From assembly GCF_036321535.1 (NCBI RefSeq), contig NC_087437.1:20152001-20216000 (forward strand): a stretch of DNA of 64,000 nt, in the 5' to 3' direction. Made by a program: the position numbers and the translations under genes. Of this stretch, positions 25,796 through 35,700 are shown in pieces. Source of the DNA: Camelus dromedarius (lineage: Eukaryota). Within the stretch, counting starts at the first letter, position 1. Each line of letters begins with the position of its first letter. The notes under the pieces are model-generated. The model did not search any database. It was not told where the DNA came from and saw only the letters and a program-made list of their open reading frames with translations.

Positions 25796-26940
25796 TGTTT
25801 AAAAAAAAAAAACAAAATTCAACGTAGTAAGTTTGAAGATCTAATAGGCTTTATTCAGTAATTCATGAATGGGGCAGCATTCCACCTGGAATTCCAAGAA
25901 GTTGTACAAAATGGAGGGTGTTTATAGAAGGAGGGTGGGGGCAAGGAAGTTATTAGCAAAAGAAAAGAAAGGATGTTCCAGGCCAGGTCACCTTTGTGGG
26001 GAAGGGCAGGGGTCTACCATGCAAGTGATCTCTTCTTCCTTTGAGGGGCATTGAGAGCCCAGGTGACAGGAGACCTCATTGGGGCCAACCAGAAAATTCC
26101 AGACTGGCTGATTAAGATCACATCCCCGACTGTGTTGTACACTTGAAACTAAGATAATATTGTAAATCAACTATAGTTCTGATGCAGGAAAACTGACATG
26201 GGGCGTGAGGAGGGCTGTGTCCCAGGCTTCAGTTGAGCCCCTGGGATGTGCCCCGCCAAGCGTGGGTCCTTGGCTTCACACAGGAAAGCATTCAAGAGCG
26301 AGCCACTGCTGAGTAAAGGTAGATTTATTTAGAGAGATACGTCGAAAGGCAAGAGAAAAGTGGGTGTGGGGGTTGGGTGCCCAGATTAGAGCAGAAGTAG
26401 GTACACACTCCATAGACAGTGTGGGCCATCTCCGAAGGGAGAGAGGGTGGCCACGAGGTGTCATGTTGCCAGTTTTTATGGGATCAGTGGCTCCATATGC
26501 TAATAAGTGGAAGGACCAGTCTAACTAGCCTGGGGAAGGGGCTGGGATCCTCAGGAAGTTGGCCATTTCCCACCCTTTGACCTTTTGTGGCTAGCCTTGG
26601 GACTGCCATGGCTCCTGTGGGCGTGTTATTCACCATGCTAATATGTTACAGTGAGCATATAACGAAGCTCAAGGCCTGCTGGAAGTCAAATCTCCCACCA
26701 TCTTGAGCCTCAAGGCCTACTGAGGGTTGAACCTTTCACCATTCTGGTGTTAATTGCTGTGTTAGTCCTTGAATGGCTGTGCCCTGCCCCCTTCCTGTCT
26801 CACTTCCATATTAATTAATTAAGGATTACACCCCTGGGGAAGGCCAAAGCCCCATTTAGGTCAGGTATTAAGTCCAGGTTTGGTATCCTGGACTTTAGCA
26901 CAAGTAGTGCCCTTTCGGGCCTGTGGTTTTCTCTTTTACA
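25796..26940 (-). mobile_element. 3' LTR of the ERV, interrupted at 26128-26820 by nested insertions
   Basis: Shares gaagatctaat..ctttattcagtaattcatga, gggtggggcaaggaagttattagcaaaagaa and ggtcaggtattaa..ctttagcacaagt with 30527-30920. Confidence 0.88.
26180..26802 (-). mobile_element. Younger solo ERV1-type LTR (623 bp) nested in an L1 tip inside the 3' LTR
   Basis: TG..CA ends (tgatgcagg...cctgtctca); imperfect 4-bp TSD gttc/cttc; AATAAA on the - strand near 26324-26329; short tandem repeats at about 26668-26750. Confidence 0.85.
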
Positions 26941-27199
26941 AGTCCCCTCTGTTGGCCAAACTTTCTACCAAACTGAGAGATGTGATCAAACCTTGAGGCA
27001 TTAACACCACTCTCGCCTACTGCTTGTCCACAGTTCTGGAGGCTTTGCTGAGGGTTGGTGTGGTAGCCGCAAGTCATCAGGTTTTTGCTTAATCCCTGTG
27101 ACATTCACAGAGTGGTTCTAGGCTCATAATCCTTAAATCTATCATTCTCTTCGTTTTTTTTTCCCTGATATTCTAGTCTTAGGGAGATCATTTGCTTGG

Positions 27200-27630
27200 C
27201 GGTTAGCGACTGCAAACATACATTTAAGGCTTTTGAGAGAATATGATGCACCAGGGTTACTGTTACAATTATAATAAGCAGGAAACTTCTAAATGTTCAG
27301 AGTGCACTTCAGAGCTGTGGTCCCCAAGACCCAAAGCAATCGAAGACCCCACTGAAGGAGATACCCTTTAAAGCTAAATGGCTTGTTCGGTAACTGAGTT
27401 TCAATCTAGGTAGAGCAGGTGGTGTTGGCCACAGCAGACACCTTGCTCGGCTAAACGATAATTGAGGACTATTTCATCATCAAGAACAGCCTTGACCAGA
27501 GAGTCTAAGAATCCTTGCTGGGTAGCTAGTGCTTTTGCAAAAGAATCTTCAATGTCTCCATGAGTAAAGGAGAGATTTCTGATTATATCTCATTTGTATT
27601 TATTTCTAATCAGGGGTGGATTTTTTTCCC
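27200..27630 (-). pseudogene. Retroviral env transmembrane-subunit remnant (heptad repeat, immunosuppressive domain, CX6CC region, membrane anchor)
   Basis: Manual - strand translation from 27586: IIRNLSFTHGDIEDSFAKALATQQGFLDSLVKAVLDDEIVLNYRLAEQGVC, frameshift, AVANTTCST*, later FGSWGP..FLLIIIVTVTLV. Resembles the xLDNRxALDYLLAEQGGVCAV.N..CC type of ISD. Confidence 0.85.
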
Positions 27631-29399
27631 CTGCATTTACTTGCTCAACCCAGGGGTCAGTCAGGTTTTTAGCACTTGTGGGAAGAGAATCTCCTTTGTC
27701 ATTTTAGCAGATGAAGGAAACCCAAGTTTTAGGTTTACATAAGTATATTACTGATATTAAAGTGTATTTTTAACACTCTTATCATATCAATTCAATTTTA
27801 GCCAGCTTGATTACACAAGGTAAAATTTCCTCTTTTTCTCTCTCTTCAACTTTTTGTATACATTTCATTTGTCCTTCACCACCAGAAGTTCTAGTTTAGA
27901 TAAAATTACTCTCATTTCCCTTAACTAGAATGCATTTCCATCCCTCATCTCTTTTCTTAACCAAGAAACACATCCTACTTCCCTTGCATGCAAAGTTGTG
28001 TCCCTTATTATTACTAATAGCTTTAATTACACATGTTAATTAGAATCCTTAACCTTTAAAAATCTTAATTTCTAGTGAAAACTAAGATGTAAGCAAATGT
28101 GAACCACATGTCAAACTAGCATTTTTTTTAGATTGACAAATTTATGAATACCTTTCATAAGCTCTAGAAATGTGTGTTTCTTCAAAGTATAATCTTCCAC
28201 TGTGACACAAAACATGTTTAATAATAGAGCCAAATTTATCTTGAGCTTCTCTGCAAGAGGAAGCCAAAAGTAGACATACCTATGCTCTGTAATGAATGTT
28301 TCACAACTTCCTAATTTATAAATGAGCTAGATATTGAATACATTTCTGTCTTTTAACTTAAGAAAACGCAAAAGGTTCAAGTTACCAAAAAGCTTTGGAG
28401 GCTATTTTTAAGTACATATACCGTAAGATATAATTGCTGCTGAAAAGTTGATACATAAATTCTTATCCCATTTACATCTATCTAAATTACCTGCTGCCAT
28501 CAGTTATGCCTGAATTACCTGTGCAAACCGCGTGAGACATTAGACAAAATCAGCCATCATTCTAAGTTATTTTATTTCTTGCTGACAAATTTTGCAACAG
28601 AGAAATATGAATTTGACTAGGAAACCCTGGTAGAATAAAAGTTGTTTACCTGTATTATATTCAGTGGCAATGACCTTAAAAACATGTCTGTTTTAATGTA
28701 ACCAACAAACTTAAACTAGCTTTTATTTACTGAGGATTATCCCAAATCACATGAACTTGAAAAGTATTTGAGTTAGATTCTGTTATATTTGTGAGAACTT
28801 TAGAATGCCCAGTCCATACAAGTGCTGGCCTGTAAAGCAACTAAACAGAGCTTTTTCACAAATTAACTTTGGCAATACCCTCCGAAGGTGGAGAAACATA
28901 ACACATCTACAACATACAAATATCGACACACACGAACATGTAGCTGCAGAGAACTTTTATTAGTGGAAAAGATTTGTAAGATTTCTCCTTAGCCCAATTT
29001 CCAAATACCTCTTCACGGGCTCTCTCTCTCTCTCTCTCTCTTTTTTTCCTGGTGAGAAGCTCCTCTATTATGTTTGCATTTCAAAGAATGGCTCTTTGGT
29101 CCTAAGGAAGATGAGGTAGGAAATTTACATCACAAAGGCACAGATTAAGTGCAGGACAATTCTGTTTCCAATATCCTGATTTTTTTTTTTAAAGTATTTT
29201 GAGAGAAATAGGCTAGGTTTAGGAGAAATAGGTAAGAATTGGGAGTTGGGGGGAAGGAGGCAGGTGAACTTTGAGCTTCTAGAGTCGTACCTTTGGCCCT
29301 GCAGAGCTTTGCAAGACAAAGACAGTTGTTTCCAATTCCCCCAAAAGTTGGGTTGTAGCTTTTGTTTTAGATGCCTTTTATGTCTTTAATTTTTTTTCA

Positions 29400-29590
29400 T
29401 TAGGCTTTTGCAATAAATCTTTCAATGAAGCTGTCCTGGAATTTGGAACACTTTTGAAGACTTCTGCATACTAATTAAAATAGGTATCCCATCCTGTTTG
29501 TATGATTTGGGAGCCCTTGCTTTTAAGTACACTCTTTAAGTGATCTTATCTATTTGGACTATTCCTCATAATGGCCATTGTAACTCTTCT
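29400..29590 (-). pseudogene. Retroviral gag (matrix-like) remnant
   Basis: Manual - strand translation EELQWPL*GIVQIDKI, frameshift, LKSVLKSKGSQIIQTGWDTYFN*YAE; position just downstream of the leader fits gag. Confidence 0.55.
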
Positions 29591-30503
29591 GAAGGCTGAC
29601 AGCAGTTTGGTAGGTCCCTGGCTGCAAATGGAGTTTAACCCATAGTTCTATCCAGCCACGTCTAGCCACAAATGGAGTGTAACTCACATTTTTACTTGCC
29701 CATATTGTGGGACTCCCAATCTGATGGCTATCAAGCCAAGCTCTCAGGACACAAAACAAGCTTAGCAAGATCTTGCCATTTTTGTCAATGCTGACAGCTT
29801 CTGGAATCACAGTTTCTGAGACATAAAATAAGGAGGTGTTCTGGAAGGTGCTGCATTCAAGTTTTGGATATAGAGGATCTCATTAGCAATGATTGGCCTT
29901 TCTCTACACAAAACAAGACAAGCACGTGCACCTTAACATATCGGCAGTAACCGAGAGATGTTACTTCATCCTAGCATGCACCAGCACCAATTCCCACGGA
30001 GCCCTGGACTGGGGAAAGGATTGAACCAGCAAACCCCACGGAATGAGGACTGAGGACTGATTCCAAACAAAATGGAGAGCCGCAGCTGCCACCAACAGTT
30101 CCCAACGTGGAATCTGGGGGAGGATTCCAAACAAATGGGGAATGGCACACTAAGCCTTCATCAGTTCCCAATGTCGAATCTGGGAACAGAATCAAGGGCT
30201 GGGGGTTTCTATTAAAAAAATCTGGAAATTGCAGCCTGAACGTCTAAGGGGTTGGCTCTGGGCAGGATCATCTGTCAGCTCAATTGGCTCTGGGCAGAAT
30301 CATTTACCAGTTCAAGCTGACCTGCCCTGTAAAGGAAAGCCAATTATATAGGGAGCTTGAAAGCAAAGAGGATGGTGCTCACACTGGGAGGAACTTACCA
30401 ATGGCCCTTGGAACCAGTGAGAACAGCAGTGAACTCAGAAGTGCTCATGGGGCATCACGCCTGTGTTTCCTGTTGTCCTCAAGTGCCATTGGAGGTTTGC
30501 TTC

Positions 30504-30522
30504 AATCCCACCGCTGCCACCA
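30504..30522 (-). promoter_or_regulatory. Primer binding site complementary to the 3' end of tRNA-Leu(AAG)
   Basis: + strand aatcccaccgctgccacca equals the recalled tRNA-Leu 3' terminus including CCA; lies 4 nt from the LTR boundary at 30527. Confidence 0.9.
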
Positions 30523-30526
30523 AATC

Positions 30527-30920
30527 TGTTAGAAAATGATTCAGCTGAGTAAATGTGAAGATCTAATTGACTTTATTCAGTAATTCATGATTCAGGCAGC
30601 CTTCCATCTACCAAATAGACAGGTGCTCTGAGGGGCTGTACAAAATTGAGGATTTTTTATAGGAGGGTGGGGCAAGGAAGTTATTAGCAAAAGAATAGAA
30701 AGACTGGTTCCAGGCCAGGTCATCCCTTGAGGGGATGGAGAGGGCCCGCATGGCAGATGACCTCCTTGGTGCTGACTAGAAAAGTCCAGACTGGTCGATT
30801 AAGATTACATTTCTGGGGAAGGTTGAAACTGCAATCAGGTCAGGTATTAAATGCAGGTTTAGTATCATGGGCTTTAGCACAAGTGACACCATTTTGTGCC
30901 TGTGATTTTCTTCTTTAACA
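30527..30920 (-). mobile_element. 5' LTR of the ERV (394 bp)
   Basis: tgttagaaaa...ctttaaca; adjacent to the PBS; homologous to 25796-26940. Confidence 0.9.
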
Positions 30921-30972
30921 GGAAAATCCCCACTTAAATTGCAAATGCCTCTTTGAGGAGTCACTGTTAAGG

Positions 30973-31307
30973 CAAGGGTCAGCAAAGTGTGGCCCATAAG
31001 CCAAATCTAGTTGGCCTGTTTTTGTGAAAATGTGAGCTACAAAGTGGTTTGTACACCTTAAATGGTCGGAAAAAATCAAAAGATGAGTAATATTTTGTGG
31101 TACATGAAAATTACATGAGATTCACATTTTAGTGCCCATAAATAAAAGGCCTTTTTGGCACACAACACACTCATTCATTTATATATTATATCATGGCAGG
31201 TTCCACACTATAACGACAGAGCTGAGTTGTTTCTTAGAAACCAGATGGCCCTCAACGCCTAAATATTTATTGTCTGGCCCTTCCCAGAAAATATTTGCTG
31301 ACACTTG
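30973..31307. mobile_element. MER58B-like hAT-Charlie MITE
   Basis: TIRs caagggtcagcaaa / tttgctgacacttg; internal aaaatatttattgtctggcccttcccagaaaa-like MER58 signature; about 335 bp. Confidence 0.8.
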
Positions 31308-32695
31308 CATGAAGCTATTATTGTCCATGGACAGCTTAGTGGGGAGTAGTTTATCAGAGTACCTAGGACAACCTAGAAAAAAGTGGAACATCAAATGGAC
31401 ACATTTAGGCAGAGGCAAAAGAGTATGAAAGTCCAAAGCAAGGTTCACCACACAGGGGACAGGAATGACCCTGTGAGAGAAGCAATTCTAGCCCATTTTG
31501 AGGAAAACCGAGACCAAGAGAGATTGAGTGACTTGCCCAGAACCTCACAGCTAGTAAATGGCAGATATGGAATTCAAATTCATATCGGTCTATCCCAGAG
31601 GGCACTGCGGTGTCATGAGGAAGGAGGGTAGAACAAGGAGGTTGGGTAATTTCCAAAGGGAAACATAACCAGCTTTATAAAAAGGCATCTCGGAAAGCTC
31701 TTCAGAAGCAACACAACCTGTGTGCTCTTAGGAAACATATTTAACCTCTCCAGCACCTTACCTACAAAATGGTGATGAGACTTACCTTGAAAGGGTAGCT
31801 GGAGTTCAATGAAGCAACATATAGGTAGCGCCTAAAAGATGCCCAGTATTCTTCCTCTGTCTCCTCCATCCGTCGCCCAGACCTTGATTGACCCTGGTCT
31901 AGTGCACTGTCCCCTTGAGATTACCACTCATTTGAAAATCAGCCCTTGCAGACTGTCCATCTCTAGGACACTATGTGTCTGAACCTAAAGTTGCTTCTGG
32001 TGATCTCACAGACAAGAGAAACCCAATGTGAGCCTGGGACCTGGGTGCTCTGCTTCAGACCCAAAGATGCCAGTCTCCTCACACCAGAGCAGGAAGACCA
32101 CCTTCTCCTGTAAGAGAAAAATGAATGTGAAATCACCCAGCATCTATCCTTCTATCAACAGGACAGAACCTGTCTTTATTTGAGGTTCCTCCCAGGGGCT
32201 CAGGTCCTTTGTCCCCTGGGCCCTTCCCTCATTCTCCTCCTGTCCTCTTGACTCTCCTCTTTATCAGAATTCTCTCCTCCCAGTGTCCCCATTCTCCACC
32301 TTCCTCTCCTCCTTCATCCTTCCTCTGATTCCTCCCCACAACTTTCCCAGGTAGGGCTCTGACTCCAGCACTGGGGAAGGTGGCGGGGGCCCAGAGGTGC
32401 AGGAGTCAGGTACAAACCAGTGAAGATGGAGCTGGGTGGGGCTGAGAAGGGCTCGAATCAGCACTTAGCTTCGCCATGATATGGTCACAGGCTTTGCTGA
32501 AACCGCTTCCTTGGCTGAGCTTGGGTTTCCTCAATGGTAAAGCAAGAATCACGATCCTTGGCCTAATTATTTTATAGGATTGCTAAGAAGACCATAGGAG
32601 ACTCTCTCTGTGTGGAAGTGCTTTGCAAAATTTAAATTGTTGTGCAAATAGTGTTATGATCAACATTGGTAAAATAGGCACTGCCATACAAAGGA

Positions 32696-32767
32696 ACACA
32701 CACACGCGCACACACACGCGCGCACACACACACACACGCATGCACACACGCGCACACGCACACACAC
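32696..32767. repeat. Mixed (CA)/(CG) alternating purine-pyrimidine microsatellite
   Basis: Direct reading; uninterrupted R/Y alternation. Confidence 0.95.
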
Positions 32768-35700
32768 CCTGAGATCCATGGAACTGGGAAAGGCTGTGTG
32801 GCTTGAGCATCACGTCCTTGATTTTGGAGCCTAAGACTGGGACCAACAGGAAACTGGGCTGGAGTGGGAAGAGCAGAGTCTTGGGGGCTGAGAACGCAGG
32901 CCAAGTCCCAACTCGGCTCCGACCCAGTCTGCAGCCTCGGGAAAGTGGCTCCTGCCTGGCCCAGCTCCCCCAAGTGAGGAGGAAATGAAAGACTGCGGGT
33001 GCCTCGCCGCCCTCAGATCCATACAGGGCATGGCCCGATGAACAGCAGCTCTTTTTAATTCTCTTTGTTCCAGTATTAAAAATCACAGTGGAGCTTCCCC
33101 CGCACACATACCCAACCCCAGTAATTGAATTCCACTAACACCCGTGGCCATGACCCAGGGCAGCTGCTCTCGGGTCAGCTCCCGTCTGCCAGGCGAGCAT
33201 CCGCAGTTCCGGCGAGGCCTCATGGGGCTCTGCTCCATGAAAAACAGCCTGTTGTGACATCGCTGACCCAGTCGATCATTAAGGTGCAGCCAATGGCTCT
33301 GAGCAGGATGCTGATCTACCTACTCGGTGGCTCTTAATGCACTTAAAGACCTGCAGGGTAAACGCGTCCACAATGAAGCCCTGTGGCTCCCCTGTGGCTG
33401 CATGTGAGCCTGGGGTGAAATGGGCCCTGAGGTTTCTGGGTCCATAACCTCAGCCCTCATAGGGGAGGGGCGTGGGAGGACCAAGCTCATCCCAAACAGC
33501 ACTCAGCCACAGTAACAGTCAGTGCTGCCCGAGCATCTCCTGTGTGCCAAGCCCTGTCTGAGGTGCTCGTGTACTCACTTACTCTTCACCACACCCTGAA
33601 AGCTGTCATTTTCCTATTTTGCAAATAAAGACACGGAGGTTAAGACACTTGCCACGCAGCTGGTAACAGCCAGGACCAGCCGGCCACCCCAGTCCTGCCT
33701 GCCTGCAGACATGGGGCTCCTGTTCATTTATTGCAGTGGGTCTCAGAGCAAAGGAGGACACTGGCCTCCTGGTGAGATCATTAGAGGAAAGCTGTTTGGG
33801 GGAAAATCCTGCAGTTAGAACGCTTCCCTCTTGTTATAAAGAAAACGTGTCACTGAGAAAAAGGGCACCACGAGAGAGGATGGTAGCTTGTGGGATCATG
33901 GCAGGAGTGGGTACCACTCCTGCCACACAAACTGACTGCTGGTGCCTGCCTCTGTTCAGAGTGGCAGGGCCGTCTCTCCGCCTTCTTAGATGACTGAGAA
34001 GGGGACACGCTTGCCCAAGGAGGCACAGGTGCTGAAACGCAGAACCACAGCTGGTATCAGTTCTCTAGAGTCAGAACCCCAGGCTCTCCTCCATCTTTCC
34101 GTGGACCTGGGTCTGCCCTGGAGCCACAGGGCATCAGCCTACTCCCTCTTCCACAGTTCTTTTAAGTTTATATTTGCAGGAGGCTATAATTTCTCCCTGT
34201 GGGGAGTCAACAGAGAGTGGGGCTTCAGAGAGCTGGTTCCAAAGCCAGAAAGATCAGGGTTCAAATCCGGTTCCAGTCACGCCTTGGCTCAGGGACATGG
34301 GGCAGGCCACTTACCTCTCTGGGCCCTCAGATATGGCTTCTGCAAAATGAGGCTTTTCACAGTACCTGTCTCAGATGGTTGTCCTGAGCAGAACTGTGCC
34401 TGGCATACAGGAACAATTACGTGGGACCAATGAGGGAAACTAAGGAGAAGAAACAGAAGCCTCTAAATTGGATTTAGGAGTCAGGCCAGCTTTTCGGTGC
34501 CATTTGCTGGCCATGTGACTTTAGGCAGGTCACAGCCTCAGTTGCCCCATCTGTGAAATGGTCCTCCTACTGCTCCCTTCCTCAGACGGATGCCATGCAG
34601 ACTGATAACACAGATAAGCGGCCCAGCCAAGAGTCCATTAAATGGTGGTTACCTTCTCGCTCTCTGCACTCCTGAGTGGAGTCACCCGAGACACCAGTGT
34701 CGTCATCTGCACGTCAGCCAGACACTTGCTTTCTCGTGATGAATGTGACACTGTGAGCCACCCACCTCCCTTTGCCATGCTCATCTTCAACACTGAAGTG
34801 GGCAGAATAGTGCCCCTCCTCCCCACATCCACATCACATGGCTCTTGGTGGATGGAGCGACAGGCTGGAGTCAGCCCTGCATTCGCACTATGGGGCTATC
34901 ATGTCCCTGGAAATGCCAGGACCGGGGGCCTGGAGCACTGACCCCACTCGAACCACGCAGAGGGACAGCCGTGGTGCCAGCACAGAAGACAGGCTCTCAA
35001 AGCTTCCATTCCCACCCACCCCCCCAGGGCCTACTCTGTGTCAGGTGGGCGCTGAGCCCTGGGGGACCGTAATCTGGAGCCACTCGGTGAGGGCCAACAG
35101 GTGACCGGCTCCTGAATACATGATTCCAATCCAGGGAAGTCAGGGCTGCGACCAGAGGATCCAGGGGCTGGGAGAGCAGAGAGCAGAGGGACCTGACCCT
35201 GTGGAAAGGCTTCAGAGACACAGTAGCACTGAGCTTCCAGCCAGCAGTTTGCGTCCCGTGTCCTGCTCAGCATCTTTTGCTTTATGGCTGACAGGAGACA
35301 AGAGTCTGAGTTTCAGAGAAGGGAGTGGAGAAAACTCAGCGGAGGCAGATGGACTAGTGAACGTTGCCTTGCTTGTTTTCATGGCAGATGCCGTAAGTTT
35401 TTCAATGCGGACAGTGAATTAAGTAGACAGAACTTTCCAGAGAGATTCCGTACGTAAGGCAGTGGGCGTAACCAGAGGTCACCTGGCCCAGAGGAGCACG
35501 GTGGGCCTCAGCAGGGAGGGTCCCTTCTCCATCCCTTCCATGGAGCCCAGCCAACCTCAGCCACTGTGGTCTGGGGGCCTTCAGAGCATCCGCAATTGGT
35601 ACCTTCATCCAGGAGGCTGGTTTCCCTGGTCAGGCGGGGCAGGGCAAGGCCTCCCACTGGAGCAACAGGCACATGGGCACTGGGTGAAGCGGAAGCTCAG

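Larger units (their letters stand above)
25796..30920 (-). mobile_element. Degenerate class I-like (MER4/MER34-group-like) endogenous retrovirus with two LTRs, antisense to CLSTN2, in intron 5
   Basis: Direct repeats 25796-26940 (interrupted) and 30527-30920, both TG..CA; PBS at 30504-30522; PPT at 26941-26952; gag and env remnants; imperfect 4-bp TSD ggat/ggaa. Confidence 0.9.

Noticed and set aside
32583..33107. 174-aa ORF with VCVC/ARVC repeats
   Set aside because: Translation of a microsatellite, not a Cys-rich protein.
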